From NCBI RefSeq assembly GCF_000012285.1, contig NC_007181.1, positions 780,001-812,000 on the forward strand: 32,000 nucleotides of DNA. Reading direction: 5' to 3'. The stretch's first letter is position 1. The number at the start of each line of letters is the position of its first letter. This DNA is from Sulfolobus acidocaldarius DSM 639 (GTDB lineage: Archaea > Thermoproteota > Thermoprotei_A > Sulfolobales > Sulfolobaceae). Below, one piece after another: positions 1-13,505 of the stretch. Below the pieces are notes generated by a model. That model worked only from the letters and a program-made list of their open reading frames with translations. It was not told the origin of the DNA and did no database searches. The translations under genes were made by a program, and so were the position numbers.

Positions 1-1148
1 TTAATGCCAATCATCTATTAGATTATCCAAAGAAATTTTTAGAAATGTTATCTGCCCCATTTGTAGGCAGAGAAGAGGAAGCAAGAGTATTAACGTTAGC
101 ATTACTCTCCAAAGAGCACGTAATACTAATTGGTGAGCCAGGAACTGCCAAATCAGCTTTAGCTAGAAGAGCTGCAGATCTAATGAGTGCAAAATTCTTC
201 ATGTATTTGTTAACCAAGTATACCGAGCCTGCAGAATTATTCGGAGCATTAGATGTAAATGCACTGAAGCAAGGCATATACAAAAGGATTACCAAGGACA
301 GATTACCAGAATCAGAAATTGCCTTCCTCGATGAGATTTTTAATGCAAATTCTGCTATATTAAACGCGCTGTTATCCTTATTAAATGAGAGAGTTATATA
401 TGACGGTTATAACGTTATAAAAGTTCCTCTACGAACACTAATAAGCGCAAGTAACAGGGTTCCAGATGAGCCAGAATTAGACGCATTGTATGATAGATTG
501 TTGTTAAGGCACTACGCAAGACCAGTAAGTGAAGACCAGTGGAAGGACCTTATAAATTCAGCATGGGACTATGAGTTTTCAGACAAATGGCATATAAGTC
601 AAACAATCATGACCGTATCTCAATTAGACGAGTTATACTCTCTAATACCTCAAGTAGATCTGTCCGCTGTAAAATCGAAACTACTAAAGCTTTACGCAAT
701 GTTAGAGGAAAAAGGTATACATTTAACGGATAGAAGGAAGGGGAAAGTTTTGAAGATAGCTGCATCTCACGCTTTACTGAATGGTAGGTTGAAGGCTATA
801 GAAGAGGACTTGATTGTTCTGAAGTATATTGCACCCAAAGAGATTGATGATTTTGAAAAGGTGTCCGCCCTATTATCAGAGGAATTAAAAACACCAATTA
901 AGTACATGAAAGAACTTAATGAAATCTACTCTAACATAAAAGAGGCAACAAAATATGTGGATGCTGCTAATGAGTCTGATCCCAGGTTAGTGGAGTTAAT
1001 AAGAAGCTTAAGAGCTACGAGGGATAGAGTAATCGCTTTAGGTAAGGAAAGCGGAGATGAGAAAGTGGAGGAATTCTCGAAAGACGTAATAAATGAAATA
1101 GATAAGTTATTAGAAAAAGTTGCAAGAAAGCTGGGGATATATCCTTGA
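1..1148 (+). CDS. MoxR-family AAA+ ATPase (5' end probably outside the window)
   Basis: Walker A GEPGTAKS and Walker B-like IAFLDEIF in a MoxR-like layout. The frame stays open upstream of the track ATG (45) to base 3 ([26 protein letters not shown]), so the true start is probably upstream of the window. Its stop overlaps the TTG start of the next gene by 4 nt (TTGA). Confidence 0.85.
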   Translation, partial: NANHLLDYPKKFLEMLSAPFVGREEEARVLTLALLSKEHVILIGEPGTAKSALARRAADLMSAKFFMYLLTKYTEPAELFGALDVNALKQGIYKRITKDRLPESEIAFLDEIFNANSAILNALLSLLNERVIYDGYNVIKVPLRTLISASNRVPDEPELDALYDRLLLRHYARPVSEDQWKDLINSAWDYEFSDKWHISQTIMTVSQLDELYSLIPQVDLSAVKSKLLKLYAMLEEKGIHLTDRRKGKVLKIAASHALLNGRLKAIEEDLIVLKYIAPKEIDDFEKVSALLSEELKTPIKYMKELNEIYSNIKEATKYVDAANESDPRLVELIRSLRATRDRVIALGKESGDEKVEEFSKDVINEIDKLLEKVARKLGIYP

Positions 1149-2500
1149 GCGAGGATGGTTTTTTAAGAGGAGTCGATTATTTAGATCCCTTAGTTAAATA
1201 TAGAGGAGAAAGGTTAGGTTACACTCTTAAGAAACTCACCGGTAAAGATCTTCAACTAGAAGACGGATTTTTAGTAGATACTTATTACATTCACTATTTA
1301 CCTATGCCAATTCCAGTTACGAAAGAGGAAGTAAACAAAGGAAAAGAGGTAATGTATAACTTCATTAACATGATGTTGGATTCTGAGTTGGTTATAAAGA
1401 ATAGAAACTACTCCATTGCTAACTCAGCAGTTAGTATGGCTCTATCTGTAAGTTACATTCAAAATTTGATTGAGGAGCTAGAGAGAATCAAAAGAACATC
1501 CCAATCACAAGAAGAGAGGGAAATGGCAGAACAAATATTAAACGGTCTAATGAAGGGGAGTGGCGGAAAAGAGAGCAATACCAAAAATAATGAAGAGAAT
1601 CAAAAGATGGAGAGACTAATGAAACAAGTACATGAAAAAGCATTGAGCAAAGCGGTAGAAGATGCTGAGGCAGTAAAGAACATGCAAAGAATAGTAGGAG
1701 GAAATGGTGCAGGTACTGGTTCTATACTTAACTTTGAAGGAGAGATTCACGAGGTCTTAAGACTAGCCAGAAACACCGAGATTAAGAAGATATTGGAGTT
1801 CCTGAATGGAATGCCAAGGTTAGGTAGCTACACTAAGAAGAGGACTGTAAGATATGCTAGAGGAGAATTGCACGGTTATGAGAAGGGTTCCGATTTAGAA
1901 AGGATCGTTTATTCAGAGTTAGCGTTACCTGACGAGTTATTTTATGTGAAATTCGCTGACTCGGACTTACTATTATATCAGAAGAAGATTAAGGAAGCGT
2001 TAGGTCCTATATATTTACTTCTGGATAAATCTGGAAGTATGGATGGTGAGAAGATCATTTGGGCAAAAGCCGTTGCCCTATCCTTATATAATAGGGCAAG
2101 GAGGGAGAATAGAGATTTTTACATCAGGTTTTTTGATAATATACCATATCCATTGATAAAAGTTATGAAGAACGCTAAGAGCAAGGATGTAATAAAAATG
2201 ATTGAATATATAGGCAAAATAAGAGGTGGGGGAGGTACTGATATAAGTAGATCCATAATTTCAGCATGTGAGGACATAAAAGAAGGTCATGTTAAGGGTG
2301 TTAGCGAGGTGATATTACTAACAGACGGTGAAGATAAGATAGCTGAGACCACAGTTAGAAGGTCATTAAGAGAGGCTAACTCTGTTTTAATAAGCGTTAT
2401 GATCAGGGGAGATAATGCTGACTTACGTAGGATTGCAGATAAATATCTAGTAGTTTACAAACTTGATCATGATGATTTATTGAGAGTTGTTGAAACTTAA
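1145..2500 (+). CDS. von Willebrand factor A (VWA) domain protein, partner of the MoxR ATPase
   Basis: The C-terminal domain carries the MIDAS motif [11 protein letters not shown] (DxSxS), then GGGTD and LLTDGED. A low-complexity acidic/Lys linker sits mid-protein. The gene is translationally coupled to the MoxR gene. Confidence 0.8.
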   Translation: MSEDGFLRGVDYLDPLVKYRGERLGYTLKKLTGKDLQLEDGFLVDTYYIHYLPMPIPVTKEEVNKGKEVMYNFINMMLDSELVIKNRNYSIANSAVSMALSVSYIQNLIEELERIKRTSQSQEEREMAEQILNGLMKGSGGKESNTKNNEENQKMERLMKQVHEKALSKAVEDAEAVKNMQRIVGGNGAGTGSILNFEGEIHEVLRLARNTEIKKILEFLNGMPRLGSYTKKRTVRYARGELHGYEKGSDLERIVYSELALPDELFYVKFADSDLLLYQKKIKEALGPIYLLLDKSGSMDGEKIIWAKAVALSLYNRARRENRDFYIRFFDNIPYPLIKVMKNAKSKDVIKMIEYIGKIRGGGGTDISRSIISACEDIKEGHVKGVSEVILLTDGEDKIAETTVRRSLREANSVLISVMIRGDNADLRRIADKYLVVYKLDHDDLLRVVET

Positions 2501-2589
2501 AAAATTAGAGGAGGCCTCAGTATCATTCTCCGTTAATACGGTGTCAACTGAGTATGGCCGTTAATAATATTTTTATAAAGGGATAGGAT

Positions 2590-2633
2590 AAAAATTTATT
2601 GATGTTGAACGATCCGAACACTGAGTCAGTGTT
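2590..2633 (-). terminator. Possible sdh operon terminator (8-bp-stem palindrome plus T5 run on the minus strand)
   Basis: Perfect palindrome AACACTGA-G-TCAGTGTT at 2617-2633 overlaps the sdhD stop codon. A T5 run on the minus strand (plus-strand A5 at 2590-2594) lies about 25 nt downstream. Confidence 0.3.
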
Positions 2634-2994
2634 GTGATGAAGAACTTTTTGCTGAATTAACGTAATCTCGTAAAAACTTCATATCTTCCTCTAAGCTTTT
2701 TTCATTTTCTTCTTTAATCCACATTAATCCTCCTGCAGCGTCTATAAGTTCACCCTTTATTTTTAAGTCCTTAGTTTTTTCTTTCCAATTAAAAACATAT
2801 TTAGAAACGACGAAGACGTAAATATCGCCCTCATTTCTGAGGTGTATCTTTCCTGAATATAGATCTCCAACTGTATATTCAATTTCTTTTGCAAAAGGTT
2901 CTTTACCAGGTCTTTCACTTACTGGGTACCAGTTCCTCTTCACATCTCCGCCAATTTTTGTGATTACATTTGATATATTTTCTTCAACACTCAT
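2626..2994 (-). CDS. sdhD: Succinate dehydrogenase small subunit D (type-E SQR, no predicted TM helix)
   Basis: 122-aa ORF immediately downstream of sdhC, overlapping it by 1 nt, as the fourth gene of an sdhA-B-C-D string. Hydrophilic, as expected for Sulfolobales type-E complexes. Assigned by context, not by a recognisable motif. Confidence 0.6.
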   Translation of the reverse strand: MSVEENISNVITKIGGDVKRNWYPVSERPGKEPFAKEIEYTVGDLYSGKIHLRNEGDIYVFVVSKYVFNWKEKTKDLKIKGELIDAAGGLMWIKEENEKSLEEDMKFLRDYVNSAKSSSSQH

Positions 2995-3866
2995 TATACT
3001 ATACCCCTTGATGCAAGAACCTCTTGGGCTAGTTTAGATATTCCTAGTTCTTCGGGGCTAAATCCAAATGCTAATCCTAATAACTGGGTTACATATATTG
3101 CTGGAACCACCCAATTCACATTGAATTCAGCTTTTATTCTCAGCTGTAAGTTGTCCAGCTGTAAATGACATAGGGAACAAGGATGAATTATTATATCTGC
3201 CTGCTCCTCCTTTGCACTCTTAAGTACGCCATAGGCTAACCTTAAACCAACTTTGGGATTGCTACCCATTAGTGGAAAACCACAGCATGACTTTGCTGCT
3301 TTAAATGACACTGGTGTTGCTCCTGTCACTCTGATAAGGTCTTCCATACTATGGGGGTTAAATGCAGGCTCGAAACCCATTATTTCTTCTGGTCTGAGCA
3401 TTTGGCATCCGTAGTAAGCTCCTACTTTAAGACCTGTGAGTTGTCTCTTTATCCTTTCCTTTATCTTTTGTAACCCTACATCTCTTACTAATACCCAAAC
3501 TATGTGTTCTGCTTGAGCACTACCAGAATAACTTACACTGGTTCCTTTTATCCTGTCATCTACTTCCTTTTTCAAGTCCTTGTTTTCCTTATACTTATGT
3601 GTGGCTAATCTATGACTTTGTAGACAAACACTGCATGGAGTAACCATCTTTTGATAGCCCATCTTTTCGACGATTGAGAGGTTTCTCAGGTTTAATGCTA
3701 CATGTCCTACTTCATCATATTCATCATAAAATCCTCCGCCACAGCAGTTCCAGTCCTTTACCTCATCTAATTTAAGTCCTAACGTTTCGAATACTTTTTT
3801 TGTAGCTATATCTATATCTTTTGATAAACCATGTGCCGTACAACCTGGATAATATGCGTACGCCAT
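2994..3866 (-). CDS. sdhC: Succinate dehydrogenase subunit C, HdrB-like protein with two CCG domains (type-E SQR)
   Basis: Two CCG-domain signatures: DWNCCGGGF...PCSVC and KSCCGFPL...PCSLC. Positioned between sdhB and sdhD. Confidence 0.85.
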   Translation of the reverse strand: MAYAYYPGCTAHGLSKDIDIATKKVFETLGLKLDEVKDWNCCGGGFYDEYDEVGHVALNLRNLSIVEKMGYQKMVTPCSVCLQSHRLATHKYKENKDLKKEVDDRIKGTSVSYSGSAQAEHIVWVLVRDVGLQKIKERIKRQLTGLKVGAYYGCQMLRPEEIMGFEPAFNPHSMEDLIRVTGATPVSFKAAKSCCGFPLMGSNPKVGLRLAYGVLKSAKEEQADIIIHPCSLCHLQLDNLQLRIKAEFNVNWVVPAIYVTQLLGLAFGFSPEELGISKLAQEVLASRGIV

Positions 3867-3869
3867 AAC

Positions 3870-4823
3870 TTATCCCCTTAATAATTTTCTTACTTCTTGG
3901 ATGTTTTCCACTGCCTTCTCTTTGACTAGAGCATATTTAAGTTTTCCTGATTGCATAAGGAATATCATTTCTTTCATAGAGCCTAATAGACCATACGTGG
4001 ATAGGTAAACTCTGGAACCCATTATCTTGCCTGAGTCAAATATTGAGCTATGGACTGCCTCAGTGTGTTTCTCACCTGTCTTTATAACCTCAGTCTTATC
4101 CTTTGCAAGCCTACTAAATGCTCTAGTCTTCTTTATTGCTGTAACAGGCTCTATATCTCTAGGACATACGTTGTAGCACATATAACAGTAAGTGCATCTC
4201 CAAGCACTGTCTATAAGTATCTTCAATCTTTCCTCTGTTATTGTATCTCTGGGATCTGCTAGGAATCTGAAACCTTTAGCATGAGCTGCTGGACCTAAGA
4301 ACTCAGGGTCCTCTTGAACTGCTGGACATGCTGATACACATAATCCACACCATATACACTGGGCAAATTTCCATAATACTTTTTGATCTTCTGGTTTTAG
4401 TCTATGTTCAGCCTTACCTTCTAATACTTCATTACTTGGATATAATCTAGGCTTTACCTTGTGCATCCTATTATAAAAGTCATCCAAATCTACCACTAAA
4501 TCTTTAACAGGTTTGAAATAATCCATGGGCTCAATGGTTATAACGTTACTACCATATTTCTTTATGACATCAAGCACTAGAGTCTTACATGCTAATTTAG
4601 GTTCACCATTTATTTTCATCCCACAGCTTCCACAAACCGCCATGTGACATGAAGCTCTATATGCTAAAGTGGGATCCTGCTCGCTTTTTATCCTCCTTAG
4701 TGCTTCAGTAAATTGAGTAAACCTATCGACCTTTAGCTTATATTCTTGCCAATAGAACCCCTTTTCCTGTGTGTATCTCTTTACTTTTATTATAACCTCT
4801 GCTTCTTCATTCTTCAGGGACAT
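3870..4823 (-). CDS. sdhB: Succinate dehydrogenase iron-sulfur subunit
   Basis: Three cluster motifs: [21 protein letters not shown] (2Fe-2S), [12 protein letters not shown] (4Fe-4S) and [12 protein letters not shown] (a full 4-Cys motif where canonical SdhB has a 3-Cys 3Fe-4S motif). Confidence 0.9.
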   Translation of the reverse strand: MSLKNEEAEVIIKVKRYTQEKGFYWQEYKLKVDRFTQFTEALRRIKSEQDPTLAYRASCHMAVCGSCGMKINGEPKLACKTLVLDVIKKYGSNVITIEPMDYFKPVKDLVVDLDDFYNRMHKVKPRLYPSNEVLEGKAEHRLKPEDQKVLWKFAQCIWCGLCVSACPAVQEDPEFLGPAAHAKGFRFLADPRDTITEERLKILIDSAWRCTYCYMCYNVCPRDIEPVTAIKKTRAFSRLAKDKTEVIKTGEKHTEAVHSSIFDSGKIMGSRVYLSTYGLLGSMKEMIFLMQSGKLKYALVKEKAVENIQEVRKLLRG

Positions 4824-4824
4824 C

Positions 4825-6525
<1,701 letters not shown>

Positions 6526-6548
6526 ATTTGATTTAAACTAGTTAAAAG

Positions 6549-6556
6549 ATAAAAAG
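6549..6556 (-). promoter_or_regulatory. TATA-like box for the sdhABCD operon (leaderless-type spacing)
   Basis: The minus strand reads CTTTTTATC, centred about 27 nt upstream of the sdhA ATG (6525-6523). No SD-like sequence lies in between. Confidence 0.4.
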
Positions 6557-6562
6557 TATTTG

Positions 6563-7354
6563 TTATAGTAACTCTGTTAATGTATTAACCACAAATTTTG
6601 GTTTTATATCCGATGCCTCCAAGTCCTTCCTTGTGTTTATACCAGTTAAAACTAACACAGTGTCTATATTAGCATTTAATCCCATTTTTATATCAGTTTC
6701 TAACTGATCTCCAATCATTATTGCTCTAGAAAAATCCTTCAATCCAGCAATCTTGAATGCTACTTTTATCATCCAGATGTTGGGTTTTCCTGCTATAAAG
6801 TCAGGATTTCTCTTTAACGCATAAATTATTGTTGAGGCTATTGCGCCTGCTCCTAATTTAAGCCCATCCTTAGACGGCCATAATCTATCCATGTTAGTGA
6901 CTATAAACTTAGACCCTTTATATACTGATCTCATTGCTGTAGACAATTTTTCATAAGTGCTTAACCTATCAAGACCAATAACTACTGCATCAGGTGTCTC
7001 CTCATTAGCTTCTCTTATACCCAGTACTTCAAATCCAAAGTTTTTCAATTCCTCAATTAATCCTTCTTCGCCAACCACGAAAACTGTCTTAATGTTTGAT
7101 TGCTCCTTCATGTATATTGCAGTTGCTGTACCACTAGTAACAATATATTCTGGACTTATCTTCAAGCCTAAATAGCTTAATTGCCGTGATAGTAAGACTC
7201 TACTGAAGCCTGAATTATTAGTTAATAAAAGTACCTTCTTACCGGCTTCGGATAGTTTCTTGATTGCTAAAAAGTTTGGCCATATTGGTTCTCCTTCTCT
7301 CAGTATGACGCCATCTATGTCGCTTATAATTAGATCATAGTTATATAAGCTCAT
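6563..7354 (-). CDS. HAD-superfamily hydrolase, subfamily IIA (NagD / p-nitrophenylphosphatase-like)
   Basis: Motif [14 protein letters not shown], a conserved Lys region GKP and motif [12 protein letters not shown]. 263 aa. Confidence 0.8.
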   Translation of the reverse strand: MSLYNYDLIISDIDGVILREGEPIWPNFLAIKKLSEAGKKVLLLTNNSGFSRVLLSRQLSYLGLKISPEYIVTSGTATAIYMKEQSNIKTVFVVGEEGLIEELKNFGFEVLGIREANEETPDAVVIGLDRLSTYEKLSTAMRSVYKGSKFIVTNMDRLWPSKDGLKLGAGAIASTIIYALKRNPDFIAGKPNIWMIKVAFKIAGLKDFSRAIMIGDQLETDIKMGLNANIDTVLVLTGINTRKDLEASDIKPKFVVNTLTELL

Positions 7355-7628
7355 TTTTCTCTAGCTCACTAATTTTTTCTATGAGTTTTGGTACTAGCTC
7401 TTTCTCATCTCTTATAAATCCATAGTATCCAAATGGATAATATTCCAGTTCCTCACAGTCCCACGAACCGGCATAAGATGGTGCAACCTTGAAATAAAGT
7501 GAATGTATTCCTCTATACAAAGCTATTATAATCACTTTACCTTTCTTCTCAGCTATGTAGACTTCACAATCATTAATTTTATGTCTAACGAGCCTATCGA
7601 CACCTATATCATCTTTTGATAGCAACAT
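7341..7628 (-). CDS. Hypothetical small protein
   Basis: 95-aa ORF overlapping the downstream HAD gene start by 14 nt, consistent with an operon. No motif recognised. Confidence 0.4.
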   Translation of the reverse strand: MLLSKDDIGVDRLVRHKINDCEVYIAEKKGKVIIIALYRGIHSLYFKVAPSYAGSWDCEELEYYPFGYYGFIRDEKELVPKLIEKISELEKNELI

Positions 7629-7657
7629 TTAAATTTCACCCGCTGGCGTAAGAGAGT

Positions 7658-9244
7658 GTGAATTCTGAAACTACTGCTAGAAAGTACTACTCTAAGTTAA
7701 AAAGGCTACCTAGCTTTAGGATAGTTTTCAGTATATTTGCAATAGAGTTTGCCTTACTTTTGGTTAGAAGTTTAGAGTTTGGAATACTGTATATAATACC
7801 GTTTTTAATTTACCTACTTTGCGTACTTTTGATTGTTAGAGAGATAAAACTTTCAATATTTCTTGGGCTATTAACTGAGTTTGTTTATCTCATATTTTCA
7901 TTATTTACTTCCCAGACAGTATTTGCATTCGGTATTCTCGCTCCTTTCTTCGGATATCTCATGCTGGGAAAATTATCTGAATTGAAATCTACTCTCTCAG
8001 TCTTTGTGACCTCCTTTCTTCCATCCCTTATTAGTGGGCTAAATTACTACGTGTTATTATACTCACTTATAATCGCAGTTGTTTTTCATTTTTATATTCA
8101 CATAGTTAATGTGAAAGGAGAGAGGATTACAGGGTTCAAATCTCTAACCCTATTACGCCCTTTTCTAATGTCAGTAATGAGGAATGATAATAAACTGGTG
8201 GAAAAATTCCTTGATGGTGTAGGTACTAAGATCGTAACCAATGTAGGTATGTTCAAAATAGGTAATCATCATTTTATAATACCCAAAATCCACTACGGTC
8301 TAAATGGTGAGATAGGAAGTTCCAAATTTATCTATCAACTTGAATCTATAATTCCAAATGTTATTGTTTTCCATGGACCTGGTGACCACGAACTAGATCT
8401 AGTTACCTCCTCTGAGTCAAGAAGAGTAGCAGATTTTATTGGAAATGAAATTAAGGATGGCAAGTGGTTATCTCAGAAGTTTTATGGGATTCATGTATGG
8501 TATAATTGTGGTTTCAGGGGAGTCACTTTAGTGTTCTCAGATTCCACATTGACTTTCCTGGAGAGACCAGGTCTGGGAATTGATGACCTCCCTGTGAAGT
8601 TATGGGAGAACTCAGTAAAGTATAATGACTACATAATAGATTGTCATAATGAATATCTTCAGGAGGAACTGCCGTTAAATTCAAGGGAATGTATAATGCA
8701 AGGGATTAATTACGCTAAAAATGTTCTAAGGGAGAGAAGAGTAGAGAGAGCATTAAAAATTGCAATTGAAGAGAGAACCATAAGTAATCCTGAAGGTCTC
8801 TGTAGCAATAAAATTAAAGTTGCTGCTCTATCTGATGGAAATACAACTGTGGGTATTGTTTACTTATATGCTAACAATGCTGACCCCTCGCTTACAAAAT
8901 CTTTAAGAGAGAGTTTAGGAAAATACGTAAATATTCCCCTACTTATAACTCCAGATGATCATTCATGCACAGGCTCTGAGCTGGGAAATCTTTATACTCC
9001 AGCCCAATTCTCTCCTGAGTTACCATCGTTAGCCGAGAAAACTTTGAATGACGCTTTAAATAAACTCCAGGATTGTGAGGTTGGCTTCAATAGGCTTGAC
9101 TTAAAAGGGGTAAAAGTAATAGGTAAAATAATTTCGTCTTTTGTAGTCGCACTGGAGGAAATAGGAGGTTATGTTATGAAAACATTCTGGATACCTTTAG
9201 TCTTACCACTATTTCTTGCAATTATTTTTATAGTACTAACTTAA
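7658..9244 (+). CDS. Multi-pass membrane protein with a large soluble domain and a C-terminal TM helix (possibly the archaeal DUF2070 type)
   Basis: GTG start. The first ~160 aa are a series of hydrophobic helices, followed by a ~340-aa hydrophilic domain. The terminal segment [19 protein letters not shown] is hydrophobic. The family name is from memory only. Confidence 0.6.
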   Translation: MNSETTARKYYSKLKRLPSFRIVFSIFAIEFALLLVRSLEFGILYIIPFLIYLLCVLLIVREIKLSIFLGLLTEFVYLIFSLFTSQTVFAFGILAPFFGYLMLGKLSELKSTLSVFVTSFLPSLISGLNYYVLLYSLIIAVVFHFYIHIVNVKGERITGFKSLTLLRPFLMSVMRNDNKLVEKFLDGVGTKIVTNVGMFKIGNHHFIIPKIHYGLNGEIGSSKFIYQLESIIPNVIVFHGPGDHELDLVTSSESRRVADFIGNEIKDGKWLSQKFYGIHVWYNCGFRGVTLVFSDSTLTFLERPGLGIDDLPVKLWENSVKYNDYIIDCHNEYLQEELPLNSRECIMQGINYAKNVLRERRVERALKIAIEERTISNPEGLCSNKIKVAALSDGNTTVGIVYLYANNADPSLTKSLRESLGKYVNIPLLITPDDHSCTGSELGNLYTPAQFSPELPSLAEKTLNDALNKLQDCEVGFNRLDLKGVKVIGKIISSFVVALEEIGGYVMKTFWIPLVLPLFLAIIFIVLT

Positions 9245-10594
9245 ACTTTTGTTAAACTCTGTTAGAACATTGTCAACTTCTCTTCTCCAACTACCTAAAG
9301 ATGAGGGGGATCTTGGATAATTCAGATATAATTCCTTTATTTTCTTCATAGACTCTGCAACCGCCTTTAGCTTGAATAATAAAGAGGGTCTGCCTAAACC
9401 AGAGATTACTCTCATTGCCTTATCAGCAACAGACAAGTGAAGATCTCCTTTTTCACTTGCTTCCAGCAGATCCTCTTCTTTTATAATCTTCTTCTTCATT
9501 CCATAGTTTATGTCGTCATTACTAAGTTTCTGAAGGAACCTCCTAAATATGTCTAGGCTGGCTTGTTTTGCTCCATACTCATTTACATAGCAAATGTTCA
9601 TGTCCCATAATCCTGAAGCTGAGAAATCTCCTGTCTCAAAAGCTGAAAGTATAGCTTTCGCTGCACAATATCCAGATATCATGGCTGAACCTTTTCCTCC
9701 GCCATGAACAGGATTTACAGTAAACCCTGAATCTCCTATAACTATTATACCGTTCCATGCCATTGTATATAACGGTCTTCTGGTGGGAACCAATGCACCT
9801 CCTTTAACCAATAATTTACTTTTATCCACATCAGGTGCATACTTATCTAGATATTTTTTATAATACTCATGAATGCTTGGGTATCCCATACCGCCCTGAA
9901 TTCCAAGACCGACATTGACTTTGTTCTTCCCTTTAGGGAAGTACCACCAATAACCGCCTGGAGATGTCTCTTGATCTATGAATATTCTCAAGTAGTCATG
10001 GTCCTCTATATCTTCCTTAGTTAGTAGAACCTCTCTGTACGCTACGTCTGCATCCTTATCATCTAGATCTTCGGTTATGGGTAATTCAGGTGGTAGTTTA
10101 CTTCTGAAACTTCTTGAATATCCTGTAGCCTCAACAACTACCTTAGAGTATACTGTAAGTTCCTCATTGGTTCTTCTATTAAAGAGGACTGCTCCTTTTA
10201 CATAACCATCTTCAAATATGGGTTTCATTGCTGTTGTCAAATCCCATATTTCGACTCCTCTATCCTGTGCCTCTTTAAGAACTCTTTGATTATATAGTGG
10301 GGCATTTAGTTCAAAACCCTCTCCATTTACTGTCCATACTGTCTGCATATCAGGGCTGTAAAGCTTTATTCCATTTATTTTATTTTCTAACTCTTCACCT
10401 TTAGGATAAGGCATACCTAACTTATCAAAATGAGCCTTACTTACTGCATCTCCACAAGGTTTGTCTCCTATCCTGTTCCACGGTTTGCTATCTACTAATA
10501 ATATTTTAAGACCTCTTCGTGATAATTGGTAAGCAGCTGAAGAACCAGCAAAACCTCCTCCGATTATCAGAACGTCATATTTAAGTTCCTTCAA
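9236..10594 (-). CDS. Digeranylgeranylglycerophospholipid (geranylgeranyl) reductase
   Basis: FAD fold [20 protein letters not shown], and [16 protein letters not shown] typical of archaeal GGR. The length and N-terminus ([14 protein letters not shown]) match my recollection of the S. acidocaldarius enzyme. TTG start. Confidence 0.9.
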
Positions 10595-10650
10595 CCATTA
10601 TCACGCTATAACTTATCTTAAAATCATTATTTAAAGCTTTATATAGAGTC

Positions 10651-11073
10651 TTATGGTTGTACACAATAGTTCTTTGTTATCATCGCCTTTATTTTATTAG
10701 GAAAAGCATCATATATCTTTATCATGATAGGTCTTGTTTCTTCATCACAATAAATGAGAATACCATCTATGTTATATTCAAGTAATTTGTCCAACATCTT
10801 GTTCACTTCATCTCTTTTCCATAAGTGAAGTTCATAACCTATGTCTATATTGTCTAGCATAGCTTCCCTAATGTATCCTACGACCTCGTGGAACTTTAAG
10901 TCTGTAATAATGTTTACAACAACCTTTTTGCTTCCGAGTTTCCTAACATCAGTGAGGACTCTTCTGAAAAAATTATCTAGGTTCTCAGATGTGACATTTA
11001 CAATGGAAGCTATTAATGAATAAGGCATTAAATTAGCCATCATAAATGTGGTATTAGTGTTTTTCGCTAGCAT
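10651..11073 (-). CDS. Hypothetical protein
   Basis: 140-aa ORF with normal Sulfolobales composition. No motif recognised. Confidence 0.45.
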   Translation of the reverse strand: MLAKNTNTTFMMANLMPYSLIASIVNVTSENLDNFFRRVLTDVRKLGSKKVVVNIITDLKFHEVVGYIREAMLDNIDIGYELHLWKRDEVNKMLDKLLEYNIDGILIYCDEETRPIMIKIYDAFPNKIKAMITKNYCVQP

Positions 11074-11133
11074 TTAAAATTACTAATTTTCCCGATATAT
11101 CCTCTTTATAGTATTTCGTCCAATAATTGATAT

Positions 11134-11364
11134 GTGATTGCCCAGGTCTATTATAATAGATTTGATGAAAATATTCTAAGTAAAATAAGGGTTCTTAAAA
11201 GAATGGGTATTGAAGTAATTTTAGTAAAAGGAGAGAGGAATCTTATATTTATAAATTCGTACCTTGTCTGGAGAGATGATGAGAGTGAAGATATAAGAGA
11301 TGCCGTTTATGATGTTAAGATATACGAGTTAATTAGGGAAAGTTATATTGGTATCAGTTCCTGA
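11134..11364 (+). CDS. Hypothetical small protein
   Basis: 76-aa ORF with a GTG start. Convergent with the next gene, overlapping it by 11 nt. No motif recognised. Confidence 0.3.
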   Translation: MIAQVYYNRFDENILSKIRVLKRMGIEVILVKGERNLIFINSYLVWRDDESEDIRDAVYDVKIYELIRESYIGISS

Positions 11365-11893
11365 GTTGCTTTAGGTAGTGATTAGAGTCCGTTATAACTA
11401 AATAACCTCTAGAATCTGATGGAAACTCCCTAGTGATTCCGCCTATGTATATTACTCTCGCTAGCTTATCTACCTCTAACCTTTTATACTGCCCCAACAC
11501 AATCCAATCCCAGGGACCTGCCCCCATACTTCTCCTTAATTGGTCTATGTCGTTCTGATGTCCATGTACTATGAAGTATTTTACAGAGGAAACTTCAGCT
11601 ATGTACATTGTTGTAGCCAATATCTCTTCTCTGTATCTAGGTTCTGCCATAATACACTTTATTGCATGGGGATCCATATCACCCTGAATATAAACTATTT
11701 GAGCCCAGGGTGCTATGCTTCTTATAACGTATAATACATCAATAACTCTTGGACACTCATAGTCCCAATAACACTGTGTAGTATCCCCATTAAGTACGAT
11801 AGTCTCTGGCTCTTCCCTCTTTATTATCATTGAAAGAGCGCTCTCTATATGGGGCTCTGGAAATCTAATGTTTCCCATCACCAATATTTTCAA
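11354..11893 (-). CDS. Metallophosphoesterase-like protein (calcineurin-fold, divergent)
   Basis: Motif order VLNGDTTQ (GD), IQGDMDPH and FIVHGHQND (GH) resembles metallophosphoesterases. The first DxH motif is not evident. Confidence 0.5.
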   Translation of the reverse strand: MKILVMGNIRFPEPHIESALSMIIKREEPETIVLNGDTTQCYWDYECPRVIDVLYVIRSIAPWAQIVYIQGDMDPHAIKCIMAEPRYREEILATTMYIAEVSSVKYFIVHGHQNDIDQLRRSMGAGPWDWIVLGQYKRLEVDKLARVIYIGGITREFPSDSRGYLVITDSNHYLKQLRN

Positions 11894-11999
11894 TATTCCT
11901 CAATCTTGTATTATAACAATCAGGCAGTTTTTATACTTTCGTTGAATAAGCTAGCGTTAGAATTTTATAATTCACTATACGCAATAATAATGAGTAAAA

Positions 12000-12500
12000 T
12001 TGAATACGAGAACAGTCGCGTTACTTTCAATAGTTTTAATATTACTACCATTAATCCCCGCTTACTTACTAAACTTCTTAGCCTTTGTAATTTCATCTGC
12101 AATTGGTTTTATAATAGTAATTTACATTATGATCTCTAACAAAACATGGACAGATACCAAAAACAAGGTAGTAGGTACGTACTTTAGCGGAGTATTTGCA
12201 ACAGGTGTAGTTTTGGGCGAGTTCCTGGAATTATATTCTGCAACTAGAGAATTTGCCATAGCAGGGTTGGTATTTGTACTTCCCTTTATAGTACAGTTTA
12301 TCCTGCTGGCTAAGGACATATTGCCTAAACTGGTTAACAAGGATCTCATCTACTTCAGCAATGGATACTTACCAATGCTTATAGTGATTATAATAGGTGC
12401 ATTAGTGGGAAGGATGTTAACTTCATTTTACTCGTTAATAATACTTTACAGTGGGACTATAGTAGTTGCACTATTAGTTTTCTTATACTTTAGGAAGTGA
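12000..12500 (+). CDS. Small integral membrane protein
   Basis: 166 aa with about five hydrophobic helices. TTG start. Lies directly upstream of the flavoprotein and Lrp genes on the same strand. Confidence 0.55.
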   Translation: MNTRTVALLSIVLILLPLIPAYLLNFLAFVISSAIGFIIVIYIMISNKTWTDTKNKVVGTYFSGVFATGVVLGEFLELYSATREFAIAGLVFVLPFIVQFILLAKDILPKLVNKDLIYFSNGYLPMLIVIIIGALVGRMLTSFYSLIILYSGTIVVALLVFLYFRK

Positions 12501-12506
12501 AGATTA

Positions 12507-13505
12507 ATGGATGTAAGTATTATAGGTGGAGGTCCAGCGGGTTTATCTTTGGCCTGGTTTCTTAAGGGAACAAAATATAATGCAACAGTCTACGAGGGTC
12601 TAGACAATGTGGGTTATAAGCCCTGCGCTTGGGGACTAATAACTGGTGTTGAGGAGCTAGTTCCGATATCAAAAGAAGCCATTATAGGAGAAATAAAGAG
12701 ATTTAGAATATATCTAAACGGAAAAATAGTGCACGATATAGAGTCAAAGAGGAGACTTGGATACATAGTCGATAAGCCCTTGTTCCTCAGGGATATAGCA
12801 GAAAAGGTAAACGTTCAGTATAATTCAAAGGTGATTGAAAGGAAAGGCGAGTATCTCGTAAACGGTAACCAGAAATTAGAGAGTGATATGGTAATAAATT
12901 CCACAGGGCATTACTCACTGTCCTTTGATCAAACCATTCCAGCCATTCAATACATTACGGATTATAAGATAGACTCTGATATAGTGGAATTCTATTTTTA
13001 CTCAGACCTTTTAGGATATGCTTGGGTGTTCCCAGATAGATATGGAAGTAAGATAGGTATAGGCGGATGGGCTAGTGTAGACTTTCTAAGACAAAGACTT
13101 TCCTCAGTGATTAAGGGTAAGACATTATTCTTTCATGGTGCTAGGGTAGCGGATATAGGAATTCTTGACGACAGACTTAACGGTAAATATGTTGGTGAGG
13201 CAATAGGTGCAGTTTACCCTTTGACAGGTGAGGGCATAAGACCTTCGATACTCAGTTCTAAGATACTTGCAGATTCCCTCTTGAAGGGAAAAGAGTTTAA
13301 GGCTGAGTTTAAATCATCAAAACTCTACTTCACTATTCAATCTCAAGCCAAGATAATTGAGGGAGTAAAGAAGAAAGTGATTGGAACTGATGTTTTATCC
13401 AAGATGTTAACTAAAACTGATCCTGATCTAGTTCTCAAGATAGCTATAGGTGATTTTGGAAAACTTGACCTTATTAAAATATTTGGGAGGTCACTTTTAC
13501 CATGA
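12507..13505 (+). CDS. FAD-dependent oxidoreductase, short geranylgeranyl-reductase family paralogue
   Basis: [17 protein letters not shown] dinucleotide fold, KPCAWG (compare PCGD in GGR) and YPLTGEGI near the C-terminal third. 332 aa. ATGA overlap with the next gene. Confidence 0.7.
   Translation: MDVSIIGGGPAGLSLAWFLKGTKYNATVYEGLDNVGYKPCAWGLITGVEELVPISKEAIIGEIKRFRIYLNGKIVHDIESKRRLGYIVDKPLFLRDIAEKVNVQYNSKVIERKGEYLVNGNQKLESDMVINSTGHYSLSFDQTIPAIQYITDYKIDSDIVEFYFYSDLLGYAWVFPDRYGSKIGIGGWASVDFLRQRLSSVIKGKTLFFHGARVADIGILDDRLNGKYVGEAIGAVYPLTGEGIRPSILSSKILADSLLKGKEFKAEFKSSKLYFTIQSQAKIIEGVKKKVIGTDVLSKMLTKTDPDLVLKIAIGDFGKLDLIKIFGRSLLP

Noticed and set aside
23-295. Antisense 90-aa ORF inside the MoxR gene. 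The same applies to other ORFs nested antisense in strong genes: 4050-4262, 5279-5491, 5588-5881, 6957-7175, 10841-11023, 11540-11734, 12122-12349, 15194-15448, 21195-21386, 22119-22310, 27033-27278, 28857-29039, 29181-29378 and 30337-30522.
   Set aside because: Each lies fully within a motif-supported gene on the opposite strand or in another frame, and has odd composition (Ser/Leu/Pro-rich, typical of antisense reading of AT-rich genes). None has a promoter or SD context.
2512-2580. GAGGCCTC palindrome (2512-2519), a CCGTTAATA direct repeat (2530-2538 and 2558-2566) and a strong TATA-like TTTTTATAAA (2571-2580), in the convergent VWA/sdhD intergenic region
   Set aside because: The palindrome has no loop, so no hairpin forms. 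The repeat is short for AT-rich DNA. The TATA-like element has no plausible downstream gene; only an 11-codon ORF follows it. An antisense or ncRNA promoter is possible but unsupported from sequence alone.
11849-12139. 96-aa plus-strand ORF overlapping the start of the 166-aa membrane protein gene
   Set aside because: Its composition is implausible (Asn/Tyr/Leu-rich, no domain). The overlapping frame at 12000-12500 encodes clean TM helices and fits the operon.
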